Of a stretch of DNA of 64,000 nt, positions 22,885 to 35,402 are shown one piece after another. The stretch is from Mobula hypostoma (Eukaryota), in NCBI RefSeq assembly GCF_963921235.1, contig NC_086120.1, forward strand, positions 38,812,001 to 38,876,000. Direction: 5' to 3'. The position numbers and the translations under genes are program-made. The first letter of the stretch is position 1; each line of letters begins with the position of its first letter. The notes beneath the pieces are model-generated. The model had not been told where the DNA came from. It saw only the letters and a program-made list of their open reading frames with translations, and did no database searches.

Positions 22885-25065
22885 TCAGATCTGGAATATC
22901 TAGCAGTACATTGTCGTCCTTTTTACTTACCACAGGAGTTCTCTGGGGCCATTCTGGTAGCAGTTTACATTCCACCTCAGGCCAATGTCAAGCAGGCTTT
23001 AGATGATCTGAGCAATGGGATCAACATGCACGAAACAGCACACCTTAATGCCTTCACCATTGTTTTGGGAGATTTTAACAAGGCCAGTCTGAAAAAAATC
23101 ACTAAGCAATTACCATCAACAGATCACTTGCAGTACCAGAGGAAACAGCACACTGGACCATTGTTACACCACCATGAAGAATGCCTACCGTGCTATTCCA
23201 CGCCCTCACTTCGGGAAGTCAGATCACCCAGATGTACTTCTACTCCCTGAGAATAGGCAGAGACTGAAGACTGCAGCATCAGTGGTGAGGACCAAGAAGG
23301 TTTGGACAAGAGAAGCACAGGAGCGCCTACAGGACTGCTTTGAATCGGTGGACTGGACTGTATTCAGGGATTCATCTTTGAATCTGAATGAGTATGCTGC
23401 AGTTGTTACCGACTTCATTAAAGCCTGTGTGGATGAGTGTGTACCTACAAAGACTTAATGAGCATTCTCAAATCAAACGCCTTGAATAATCCAGGAGGTA
23501 CGTCGTCTGCTGAAGGCTAGAACTGTGGCATTCAATTCCAGCAACCCAAGCCTGTACCAGAAAACCAGGTATGATTTGCAGAGGGCTGTTTCAAGGGTGA
23601 AGGGACAATTTCAAACAAGGTTGGAGGCGGTATCAGATGCACGGCAACTCTCGCAGGGACTGCAAGACATTACTTCCTGCAAAGCAAAACCCAATAGTAT
23701 GAATGGCAGCAGCCAGCTGGTGGTGTAGTGGCATCAGCGCCGGACTTTGGAGTGAAGGCTCCTGAGTTCGAATCCAGCCAGCATCCGTGCTGGGTTGAGT
23801 GTCGAGCTAGCAACTCGGCCTTGTAAAAACAAGGAAGCCTGCTAAAAAAAACGCTGTCATGACAGCGTCCCGATGACTCCACTCGGAGTTAAGGGCTTTT
23901 TTCTTCTTCTTCATGAATGGCAGCAATGCTTCACTACCAGATGAACTCAACGCCTTCTATGCATGCTTTGAAACGGAGAATACAACTACCACTGTGAAGA
24001 TCCCTGCTGCACCTGATAACTCTGTGATCTCTGTCTCAGAGGCCGATGTTAGACTGTCTTTAAAGAGAGCGAACCCTTGCAAGGCAGAAAGTCCTGATGG
24101 AGTACCTGGTAAGGCTCTGAAAATCCTGTGCCAACCAACAAGTGGGAGTATTCAAGGATATTTTCAACCTCTCACTGCTGTGGGCAGAAGTTCCCACTTG
24201 CTTCAAAAAGGCAACAATCATATCAGTGCCAAAGAAGAATAATGTTGGCTGCCTTAATGACTGTCGCCTGGTAGCACTCACATCGACAGTGACGAAATGC
24301 TTTGAAAGGTTGGTTATGACTAAGCTGAACTCCTGCCTCAGCAAGGACCTGGACCCTATCGTCACAATAGGCCAACAGCAGACGCAATCTCCATTGCTCT
24401 TCACACGACTTTAGACCACCTAGACAACACAAACACCTACGTCAGGATGCTGTTCATCGACGATAGCTTAGCGTTTAGTACCATCATTCCCACAATCCTG
24501 ATTGAGAAGTTACAGAACCTGGGCCTCTTTGCCTCCCTCTGTAACTGAATCCTTGACTTCCTAACCAGAAGACCACAGTCTCTGCGGATTGGTGACAACT
24601 TATCCTCCTCCCTGATTATCAACACTGGCGCACCTCAGGGGTGTGTGCTTAGCCCACTGCTCTACTCTCTCTATACCCATGACTGTGTGGCTAGGCATAG
24701 CTCAAATACCATCTACAAATTTGCTGATGATACAATCATTGTTAGTAGAATGTCAGGTGGTGACGAGCGGGTGCACAGGAGTGAGATATGCCAACTAGGG
24801 GAATGATGCCGCAGGACAACCTGGCACACAACGTCAGTAAGACAAAAGGGCTGATTGTGGACTTCAGGAAGGGTCAGACGAAGGACACATACCAATCCTC
24901 ATAAAGGGATCAGAAGTGGAGAGAGTGAGCAGCTTCAAGTTCCTTGGTGTCACGATCTCTGAGGATGTAACCTGGTCCCAACATATTGATGTAGTCATAA
25001 AGAAGGCAAGATAGCGGCTGTACCTTATTAGGAGTTTGAAGCGATTTGGCATGTCAACAAATACA
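22885..25065 (+). mobile_element. Rex1/Babar LINE ORF2 (APE plus RT), degenerate
   Basis: RPFYLP.EFS...VAVYIPPQAN...VLGDFN, TLDHCYT..KNAY...GKSDH; RT motifs [32 protein letters not shown] and KFADD; stops and frameshifts present. Confidence 0.88.
23712..23912 (+). mobile_element. Full-length tRNA-derived SINE with (TTC)n tail, nested in the Rex1 LINE
   Basis: Perfect 13-bp TSD atgaatggcagca at 23699-23711 and 23913-23925; A box TGGTGTAGTGG; B box GAGTTCGAATCC. Confidence 0.9.
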
Positions 25066-25371
25066 GCTGGGAACTCTGGTGGGATCATTTCAAGATCTTG
25101 AAGCAATGGCTGTCGACATTCCAAGTCACAGATGGTAAATTGCTTGATTATTATCACGTGCTGGGATAGAGTGAAAATCTTTGTTCTGCATGCCATCCAT
25201 ACAGATCACTTCATTACAAAGTGCATTGAGATAGCGCACGGGAACACAACAATATGCACAGAATGAAGTGTTACAGAGAAAAGTGCAGTGCATGCAGACA
25301 ATAAGGTGCAAGGCCATAACAAGGTGTATTGTGAGGTCAGGAATCATTTTATTGTACTAGAAAACCATTCA

Positions 25372-25725
25372 ACAGCAACACACGCGAAATACTGGAGGGA
25401 ATTAGCAGGTCAGGCAGCATCTCTGGAAATGAGTCAACAGTCAATGTTTTGGGCCAAGCCCCTTCAATGGGTCTGGAAAGAAAGTGGGAAGATGCCAGAA
25501 TAAGAAGGCAGGGGAGAGGTGGAGAAGGACAAGTTAGAAGGTGATAATTAAAGTCAGGTGGGTGGGGGTGGGGGTGATGTAAGAAGCTGAGAGGTGATAC
25601 GTAGAAAAGGCAAAGCACTGGAGAAGAAGGAATCTGATAGGAGAGGAGAGTGAACGAAGGGAGAAAGGGAAGGAGGAGGGGCACTATGGGGAGGTTAAAG
25701 GCAGGTGAGGGGAAGAGGTAAGAAG
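25372..25725 (-). mobile_element. PLE terminal fragment with decayed hammerhead
   Basis: Family tail and remnant motif at ~25438-25475. Confidence 0.6.
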
Positions 25726-26324
25726 CAGTATTGTAACAGCAGAATAGAAGTTGTCCTTAAACTGGTGGTACAAGTTTTCAGGCTAATATACACAGTACCT
25801 CATCTATACATTTCATATATATTTACATATGAATGATGGAAGCCAAAACTGGAGCACGATGAGTAGATATGATGGCTCATATTAATTAATACTACATGAA
25901 AAAATTGTATAGAATGTTCTAATGAAGAGCTCAACCTTTGACAGTATTTTTCAATGCAAAGTCCATGACCCAGTGGCAGCTCTCATCTACCACAAGTGTG
26001 GTTCCCTTAGGAATGCTGAAGTATGGTTGGAAATGTGGAAATGTGGCTATCTGGCATGTGGAAACTGGCATATGGCCAGGATCTTACACAGCTGTGCAAC
26101 ACAGGAGCCTGGAAAGTAGGCAGGAGTGCTCAGAGAGGGAGGGGTGAAGAAGCAGAAGGGAGGGGCTCTGTGTGTGGAGAGCGGGCTAAGGGAATTAGGT
26201 GATGGGACAGGAAGAACTGTGGAAGTGAGAGGCCAAGGGGAAGACTCCTGGAAATTATTGACAGACTGGAGAGAGAGAATTTGAGAAAGTCCTCAACTCC
26301 ATGCATTGGGAGCACACGGAAGAC

Positions 26325-26520
26325 CAGCGCAAATGGCAGAAGAAGCACACTATCTCTTACCCCAACTATCTAGCTGACCCATCAGAAACCTCCAGCTCTA
26401 TCTTTGGAAGGGTTTGAGATTCCCTCTTTGGGTTTAGTGGCCACATCAGAACCCACAAAGCTAAAGTTGGCTAGTCATCCTCACTCCTGTGGAATTGCCT
26501 AAAAAGAAGAAAAAAAATGA
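26325..26520 (+). mobile_element. RTE-like LINE 3' remnant
   Basis: Degenerate zinc-finger end (GRV..S.FGFSGHIRTH) followed by GGAATTGCCT and an (AAG)-rich tail. Confidence 0.4.
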
Positions 26521-27297
26521 AAAGAAAAAATGGGGAACCATATTTTAGCTTGCAGAGTCATGGTACTTATAATAGGGAATTGTTTTAGTATTGTTGAAGG
26601 ACTCAAAGGATTCAAAGTACATTTATTATCAAAGTACGTAAGCAGTATACAACCCTGCCTTTTGTAGCTGTAGACATCTACAAAACAAAGAAAAACATGG
26701 AACTCATTCAAAGAAAAACATCAGTTGGGTATCAGATAATTACTAGATTCATGCAATTAAAATTTTCTACATATGTACTAAATAATTAAGGATATTCAGT
26801 CCAATTGTTTAATTTTCAATATTTTTATTTGTATTTCTATTAAACATAAAATACATCTAGGACAATAAAACAATCTAATTCCAATCAGACTGGCTGAAGT
26901 AAGTTGAAATTTCTGACATGACTTCTCAATGCTATCTCTCAAGTTCATAGACCTTGACAATGAATACACACGTGAAGACTTTTGCTCCTTTTTCCCTCTC
27001 TTTCCTCTTTCCTTCATTTTTTCTTCTCTGGCTAATGTCCATTTATGGTTCACATACTTAGCAAGTCATATGTCCACTCAATATTGGATCTTTGCTTTTC
27101 GTATTTCTCACACAACACCCGGACATGTTAATGCATCCCTGTGTTCAATGACCCTAGAGTGGCTTCATCAGAGCCAAGGCACCTTGTTGTTAATAAGATG
27201 CAATCAGTCACTGGCTTGTTGGCATTCCACCAGGAGCCTTCCAATGTTATGTCTTCTTCAGTGATAAAGATAGCTTGCTGGATAGAAAACACGAATG

Positions 27298-27457
27298 NNN
27301 NNNNNNNNNNNNNNNNNNNNNNNNNNNNNNNNNNNNNNNNNNNNNNNNNNNNNNNNNNNNNNNNNNNNNNNNNNNNNNNNNNNNNNNNNNNNNNNNNNNN
27401 NNNNNNNNNNNNNNNNNNNNNNNNNNNNNNNNNNNNNNNNNNNNNNNNNNNNNNNNN
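27298..27457. other. Assembly gap (160 N)
   Basis: Run of N. Confidence 1.
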
Positions 27458-27615
27458 TTGCACAGTACTGTATTAGCTAACGTGGAGCGAAGAGTGAGTT
27501 TGTAAATCTGGCGGGAGCAGAGGACGTTGGGAATGACAAGGGTGGAGTGCCACTGGAAGTTTGTGGGACAGGCTGCAGCGCAAGAGAGCCGGGGACGGCG
27601 GGGTGGGGTAGCGTG

Positions 27616-27822
27616 GGTCGATAACGAGAGGGCATGGGTAAACTGACTATAATAGAATATGCTGGGTATAGAGTTAATACCTCACAATCTTGTTAGTGCT
27701 TTCTCAATGCCACAAATTAATTTTGAATTAAATTAGATTAGATTTATTTGTTACATGTTCATACAGTGAGATGCCTCCTCTCGTTCGCATCAGCAACCAG
27801 CACAGTTTGTCCAAGGATTGCG
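27616..27822 (+). repeat. Direct duplicate of 29139-29345
   Basis: ~205 bp differing by only a few substitutions. Confidence 0.9.
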
Positions 27823-28029
27823 TTGAGACACCAGGCAAGGTAATTCGATTCCAAACAATCGGTTTATTGATCCTTACAGAATTTTTCTCTGATGCTTCCC
27901 TCTTCCTCCCCTCTCTCTGCCCCCTTCTCACTCTCAGTCCACAATAGAGACCCATATCAGAATCTGCTTTAAATATGCTCAATGACTTGGCCTCCAGAGC
28001 CGCGTGTGGCGATAGATTTTACAAAAGGA

Positions 28030-28300
28030 GCTATGGTAGCATCATGGTTAGCACAATGTTATTACAACTCGGGGCGCCGGAGTTTGGTTCCAGCACCGTT
28101 TGTAAGGAAATCGTACGTTCTCGCTGTGACCATGTGGGTTTCCTCTGGGTGCTCTGGTTTCCTCCCACAGTCCAAAGATGTACCAGTTAGTAGGTTAACT
28201 AGCTACTGTGAATTGTCTTGTGATTAGTTTAGGGTTAAATGGGTAAGTTGCTGGGTAGGGCGGCTCCTGTTCCATGCTGTATCTTTAAATAAAATAAAAT
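28030..28300 (+). mobile_element. HE1-like V-SINE
   Basis: GGTTAGCAC head; GTGGGTTTCCTCTGGGTGCTCTGGTTTCCTCCCACAGTCCAAAGA; AAATAAAATAAAA tail. Confidence 0.75.
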
Positions 28301-28509
28301 TTCACAGATTCACCACTCTCTGTCTAAAAATATGTAAGTATAGCTTGCAAAATATAGTGATATACGATTTTATTTTATGCTCTGTATTTTGAATATGCAA
28401 ACTTCACTTTCACTGAATTTATATTTATCTTGCAAGCGCAATATTTTTGAAATCAAGTCATCTTTGGTTACCAGTGGAGATAGATAGAGAGGCAGATCTC
28501 TAGAGCTGC

Positions 28510-28794
28510 AAACTCGAGGAAATCTGCAGATGCTGGAAATTCAAGCAACACTCACAAAATGCTGGTGGAACGCAGCAGGCCAGGCAGCATCTACAGGAAG
28601 AGGTACAGTCGATGTTTCGGGCCGAGACCCTTCGTCAGGACTAACTGAAAGAGGAGATAGTAAGAGAAATAGAAGAGAATAGTCTTCTTTCAGTTAGTCC
28701 TGATGAAGGGTCTCGGCCTGAAACGCCGACTGTACCTCTTCCTGTAGATGCTGCCCGGCCAGCTGCGTTCCACCAGCATTTTGTGTGCGTTGCT
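28510..28794. mobile_element. Fold-back PLE-terminus insertion with two inverted hammerhead motifs
   Basis: ~110-bp inverted arms 28544-28655 and 28684-28794; motifs at 28607-28642 (-) and 28696-28731 (+); imperfect flanking repeat cagatctc(t/c)agag. Confidence 0.85.
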
Positions 28795-31108
28795 CAGATC
28801 TCCAGAGAGTTGCTGGATCCACATCATTTTCCCCTTGCTGTCAATGGCAATATTTCTTTTAAAGAGTCCCAGTTGTTCACTCTTCAAGAATGTAGACCAG
28901 ATAATTGAGATAACAATACTGTACGTCAAACTGAAAGTGTCTGCACACATGGTCCCCTGCTGAGGATAGAGTACTGTACAGACCCAATAGAAAGCATGTG
29001 AATTTTTTTCCCCTCCAATTACAACCAAACTTTGCATGGTTACGTTTTCAAAGTAAATTCATAAAAAAATGAAATGAAACCCCTCAGCCCGAACCCCCTC
29101 TGCTTTAAGTTGTTGAATTTTCACCTTTCCTACCTTCTGGTTGATAATGAGAGGGCATGGGTAAACTGACTATAATAGAATATGTTGGGTATAGAGTTAA
29201 TACCTCACAATCCTGTTAGTGCTTTCTCGATGCCACAAATTAATTTTGAATTGAATTAGATTAGATTTGTTTGTTACATGTTCATACAGTGAGATGCCTC
29301 CTCTCGTTCGCATCAGCAACCAGCACAGTTTGTCCAAGGATTGCGCTGGAGGTAGATTGCAGGTGTTGCCACGTTTCTGGTGCCCCCGCAGCATGCCCAG
29401 AGCTCACTGATCCTAAACCTAACCACATGTGTGTGGAATGTGGGAGAAAACTGGAACACCCACACAGAACAAAACAATCTCCTTAGACGGTGGCGGGAAC
29501 CAAGCCCTCGTAGGTGACCGGTGGCACTGCAAGGCAATTGCACTAACAACTACACAAACATACTGCACATTTAAAGAACACTTTACCCGTTGCAACCTTA
29601 CAAATTTTTAATTTGAAGCAAGATCTTAAGAATTCTGATATGCAGTAACCAAGTACTTGTATTATGGCAATACATTCAATGTGCTGGAGGAGATCAGCAG
29701 GTCAGGCAGCACCAATGGATGGGAATAATCAGTCAATGTTTCAGGCTGAGACCCTTCATCAGGGTTCAATGCTCCTGTATGGTCCTGTCTACCTCAGGTA
29801 TCATTGTACAATATTGTCACAGCTCCTGTATGATTCTGTTGTTGCTCTGAGATCACTGTACAATATTGTCACAGCTCCTGTATGGTCCTGAGTTCCTCCA
29901 GCACAATGTGTGCTGTGCATTGCTCTAAATTTCCAGCACCTGCAGTACCTCTAGTGTCTATGGTTTGTAGTATGGCGTGAGGAGGCAAAGAAAAATGAGG
30001 AGAGAAAATGTGAAATAAGACAAGAACCACAAGACGGCTAGACATAAAACAACAGAACCATTATTCCAACACAGCTTTTGAACAAACACTAGAAATTCCA
30101 ATTGATTGGCATGTCTTTACCATTAAAATAATGATTAAAAAATTTAAAAAAACGATTGACTCCATCTCTCACCAATCTTGCTTATTAAAACGCTGAGGAA
30201 GATTGAAATCATCGAGGTGGGTACGGAGGGCGTGCGAGTGTTCAGCGCTGCCTACTAGCCCCTTGCTCACGGCTGCTAGAGGAGGGTGTCTTCATGTGGC
30301 AGTCTCTCCCTCCCTCTCACTTGCTGCTCTCGAGGGAAGGGTCCTTGCAATCGAATGGTCAGTCTCTCTCTCAATTCTGTCAGAGGCTGGTGCGGGAGCA
30401 AGGACTAATCACTGCAGTTTGTAGATTTGGTCTCTAATTCAGCTTTCTCAAGTGTTCTAGTTTAGGTCACTCCTTTTTGGTTGCTACTTTTGGGTGATTT
30501 TTAAATCGGGGTGGCCTGCAGACTGAGCAGAACTGAAGCATTCCTTTTGATTCTGTGTTTTATATTCTGTGTTTTTACTCTTTTTTTGCTGCCATTTGCA
30601 AGATTTGTTTTTGCAGGTGGGGGAGTTGATTTTCTTTGAACGGGTTGGTTCCATGGATCTTTGTTTTGTGACTGTCTGTGGGAAACTCGAATTTCGGGAT
30701 TGTATGCTGCATACGTACTTTGATAATAAATGTATCTTAATTCTTTGAATCGTTAAAAAATCTAGTGTGTTTTATAATTGGATGTTAATACAACAATTTG
30801 ATTGTATGTAGTACAATGGCATATGAATATTAATACTATTTAAGTAGACTGCTACTCTTCGCCTCAGGACATTATAGAAGCCAGCATCAGAAAACATTGG
30901 TTACCATAAGTATTCCAAAACTATTTTTACTCACGAGGTATTTTTACATTTTGAATTCCGATCATTTTTATTGGAAAGAAAATTCTTGTATTGTGGCAGC
31001 ATTCTCTTCCTAAATTTCTTTGGCTCTTTGGCAAAAAGAAGGTCATCAAGTCTAGTTTTAACTTAGTAATTTAAGTTTTAGTCTTTCTGAGTAATATCCA
31101 GATGTATT

Positions 31109-31289
31109 CTTTTTTTATGTTTTCAAATATTTTTATTGTGAAGCGACGTCAGCTTAACCACAACCGACAATGTCCTAAAGTACAATGTCTTCTTTTTTCT
31201 TTTCTTTCTTATAACAACATAAAGAAAGTCAAATGAATGTATGTATAGTAAACAAGCAAAAAGCAAAGGCAACCCTACCACCCTGTCAA
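31109..31289 (-). mobile_element. 5'-truncated poly(A) retroposed insertion (L1/Tx1-type or processed RNA 3' end)
   Basis: 13-bp TSD atccagatgtatt at 31096-31108 and 31290-31302; AATAAA and A-rich end on - strand. Confidence 0.7.
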
Positions 31290-31574
31290 ATCCAGATGTA
31301 TTTTGTCTGAAATAATTTTAGATTTATTCCAATCAACTTCAATAGAATTTTAAGAAAATTTCCTTTTTGCCTTCATATTAACTTTAATTTCACTGAATAA
31401 TTCTATTAATTTCCATTTAAGTGGCAGAGCTTCAGTGGCTGAAAATATGATGAAACAGACTCATACAGTATAAAGCAGAATGACAGCCAATATGGTGCGG
31501 CTCAATAATTAATTTTGCAATGTTATACATGTTGAATTTCAAATCCTACAAATGATTATTTCCCTGGGTGGAAT

Positions 31575-33520
31575 CCTACCTTTACCTCTCCCCACTGCAC
31601 TTTCCACAGGGATCGCTCCCTCTGCGATTCACTTGTCCATCCGTCCCTCCCCACTAAGCTCCCTCCCAGCACTTATCCCTGCAAGCGGCTTCAGGCACAC
31701 ACCTTGCCGTTCACCTCCATTCAGGGCCCCAAGCAGTCCTTCCAGGCAACATTTCACCTGCAGATCAGCTGGAGTCATCGCCTGATGCGGCCTCCTCTAC
31801 ATTGGTAAGATGCGTCATAAATTGGGGAACTGCTTATGCGAGCACCTCTGCTCCACCTGCCAAAAGTTGAACTTCCCAGTGTCCAAACACTTTAATCCCA
31901 ATTCCCATTCCGGTTCCAATATGTTGGTCCGTGGCCTCCTCTTGTGCCAAGATGAGGCCACCTCAGGGTGGAGGAGCAACACCTTATATTCCAGCTGGGT
32001 AGCCTCCAACTTGATCACATGAATATCGATTTCTCCTTCTAGTAAGTTTTTTTCCTTTCCCTCCCTCCCCATCTCCCTTTCAGGGAATTACAAGGAAGTT
32101 ACTAGCATGGGTGGAGCATTGGCTGATCGGCAGAAAACAGAGAGTGGGAATAAAGGGATCCTATTCTGGCTGGCTGCCAGTTATCAGTGGAGTTCCACAG
32201 GGGTCAGTGTTGGGACCGCTGCCTTTTACAATGTATGTCAGTGATGTGGACTATGGAATTAATAGACGTGGCTAAATTTGCCAATGATACAAAGATAGGT
32301 GGAGGAGTGGGTAGTGTTGAGGAAACAGAGAGCCTACAGGGAGAGTTAGATAGTTTAGAGGAATGGGCAAAGAAGTGGCAAATGAAATACAATGTTGGAA
32401 AGTGCATGGTCATGCGCTTTGGTGGAAGAAATAAACGGGCAGACTACTATTTAGATGGAGAGAGAATTCAAAATGCAGAGATGCAAAGGGACTTGGGAGT
32501 CCTTGTGCAGGATACCTTAAAGGTTAAACTCCAAGTTGAGTCGGTGGTGAAGAAGGCAAATGCAATGTTGGCATTCATTTCTAGAGGTATAGAATATAAA
32601 AGCAGGGATGTGATGTTGAGGCTCTTTAAGGCACTCATGAGACCACAATGTGTGCAGTTTTGAGCTCCTTATTTTAGAAAGGATATACTGACACTGGAAA
32701 GGGTTCAGAGAAGATTCATGAGAATGGTTCCAGGAATGAAAGGGTTACCATATGAGGAACATCTGGCAGCTCTTGGACTGTACTCCCTGGAGTTCAGGAG
32801 AATGAGGGGGGATCTCATAGAAACATCCTGAATGTTAAAAGGCCTGAATAGATTAGATATGGCAAAGTTATTTCCCATGGTAGGAGAGTCTCGGACAAGA
32901 GGGCATGACTTCAGGATTGAAGAATGTCCATGTAGAACAGAGATGCAGAGAAATTACTTTAGTCAGAGAGTGGTAAATCTGTGGAATTTGTTGCCATGAG
33001 CAGCTGTGGAGGCCAAGTCATTGGGTGTATTTAAGGCAGAGATAGATAGGTTCTTGATTAGCCAGGGCATCAAAGGGTATGGGGAGAAGGCAGGGGAGCG
33101 GGAATGATGGAAGAATTGGATCAGCCCATGATTGAATGGTGGAGCAGACTCAAGGGGCCGAATGGCCTACTTCTGCTCCCATATCTTATGGTCTTCTGGG
33201 TCTTCTTCTATTCCCGATGCTGACCTTCTACCCCTTCATACCTGCCCATCACTTTTCCTTGTGTTCTCTCCTCTGCTCCCTTTGCCTATGGTCCATTCTC
33301 CTCTCCTATCAGATTCCTTCCTATCCAACCCTTTCCCTTTCCCACCCCCCTGGCTTCACCTATTACCTTCCAGCTAGCCTGCTTCCCCTCCCTCTCACCT
33401 TTTTATTCTGGTGTCTTCCCCCTTCCTCATCAGTCCTGAAGAAGGGTCTCTATTTGAAACATCAACTGTCTATTCATTTCCATAGATGCCTCCTGAGCCG
33501 CTGAGTTTCTCCAGCATCTT
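31575..33520 (+). mobile_element. PLE GIY-YIG and 3' region interrupted by a CR1 LINE
   Basis: QHFTC.S.GVI..CGLLYIGK..LG....EHL...FPVSKHFN..SH; resumes at ~33200 with hammerhead remnant at 33431-33468. Confidence 0.75.
32081..33198 (+). mobile_element. CR1/HER1-like LINE, 5'-truncated
   Basis: SGVPQGSVLGP, AKFANDTKIGG, WQMKYNVGKC, VVKKANAMLAFISRG; tail CTGCTCCCATATCTTATGGTCTT. Confidence 0.88.
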
Positions 33521-33813
33521 ACATAGAAACATAGAAAATAGGTGTAGGAGTAGGCCATTCAGCCCTTCGAGCCTGCACCGACATTCAGTATGATCATGGC
33601 TGATCATCCAACTCAGAACCCTGTACCAGCCTTCCCGCCATACCCCCTGATCCCTTTAGTCACAAGGGCCATATCTAACTCCCTCTTAAATATAGCCAAT
33701 GAACTAGCCTCAGCTGTTTCCTGTGGCAGAGAGTTCCACAGATTTTGAATGTGATGATTATTTCCTTCTAACTTCAGTCAGACTTCGGAGGTGTCAGATG
33801 TAATGCCCGTGAT

Positions 33814-33815
<2 letters not shown>

Positions 33816-33857
<42 letters not shown>
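33816..33857. repeat. (GT)n microsatellite
   Basis: About 21 GT units. Confidence 0.95.
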
Positions 33858-33860
<3 letters not shown>

Positions 33861-33945
33861 CGCGCATGTACTATATTTGGATGCATGTATTACTGTTTAG
33901 ATTACGTTGTGCCTAATCTTCCAAACCTAAACTTACAATTACACT

Positions 33946-34590
33946 TGTAACGCTTAGGGCTATCAACTCACATTTGTCTAGGGGGAACCCCGTCCGCCCG
34001 CCAAACTGTGTTTAACATTTGCGTAGATGCTGTGTAATGCATCCCGGTACAAACTCACACATAAAATATCAGACAGCACACAAGGTACAATTAACTGATT
34101 ACACTTTATAAATCTTAATGTGACTATGTGGTTAATAGAGATACAAATACAAAAGGAAAAGAAAAAGGCGCCAAACTTATCAGAGTTAAACCAATTCATG
34201 CACAACCGTTGGAGCTGAATTAACGGAGTCTTCTCTCCACCATTCAATCCCCTTCGAGCTCCTCGACCCTCCATCTGGGACCAACCACGGTGGTCTACCA
34301 GAGTGCGTCCATCACGTTGTTCCTCTTCATTCTTCCTCGCTGAAAACCCCCAGGCCCGCTCAAACTAACAGCTTTCACACAGACAGAAAGAATAACATCT
34401 CTTCCATTGGTTAGCAAATGAGTACAAGTCCCATTATCACTAATTATAACCCAAACATACTGCTACAGAGAACCTTACCTCATCAGTCAACATTACAGAG
34501 AAGCCATTTCATTTTAGCACTACACAGAAGCCATCTCATTATTAGCAGTTAGCAGTTAATATTACAGTTAATGATACTGAGAACCCTACA
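33946..34590. mobile_element. Solo LTR
   Basis: TGTA...TACA termini with exact 4-bp TSD CACT at 33942-33945 and 34591-34594; internal short repeats (acagagaagccat-like). Confidence 0.75.
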
Positions 34591-35149
34591 CACTGATAAC
34601 TTGCATTCAATACATTTCGGTGGGGAGCACAGCCATGGAGGTAGGAACAATCCAGCTGATGATTCACTTGATGACAAATGACAATGGATTGTGAGAGTCT
34701 TCGGAGAGTTCACTAATCTTATCTGCCCTGCCATCAATTTGATCTGCCATTCTGCCATCTGAGAGAGAAGGGAGAGTATCTGTAGGGCTTTCACAGGATT
34801 TGCTAAGTCATTTCCTCTGCTTTCCTATTTGGTGGGCGGGGGGGTTGGTGGCATGGTAGCTCAGCGGTTAATGTAATGTCATTGCAGCTCCAATGAACTT
34901 GGTTCAAATCCCGCCTCTGTCTGTAAGTCTTTACAATCCCCCCATGCCCACGTGGGTTTCCTCTGGGTGCTTTTCTTTCCTATCATACCTCAATGACGTA
35001 TGGGATAGTTGGTTAATTGTTCAGGTGGGTGTAATTAGGCTGGCGACTCATTGGGTTGGAAGGACCTGCCACTGTGCTGTGTCTCTAAATATTAAATTAA
35101 AAATACTAAACCCTATTTAAATTTTACTTCACAACAGAAATGATTAACT

Positions 35150-35380
35150 TACTGAGATACAGCGCTCCACCCAGCAAACCCCCGATTTAACCCTAGCCTA
35201 ATCACGGGGCAGTTTACAATGAAAAATTGGCCTACCAATGGGAAAGTCTTTGGACACTGGGAGGAAACCCCAGAGTACCAGGAGGAAACCCATGTGGACA
35301 CGGAGAGTATGTATAAACTCCTTAAGGCAGTGGTGGGAATTGAACCTGGGTTGCCCGTAAAGCATTGTGCCACATTTAGT
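35150..35380 (-). mobile_element. HE1-like V-SINE (a + strand copy lies at ~34845-35095)
   Basis: Reverse complement of the HE1-like head and body. Confidence 0.7.
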
Positions 35381-35402
35381 GTAGTTGGAATACTTAACAC
35401 CA

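Noticed and set aside
29770-29890. Repeat-spacer-like pattern resembling a CRISPR array
   Set aside because: Only about 2.3 tandem units with related intervening sequence, in a vertebrate context with no cas genes.
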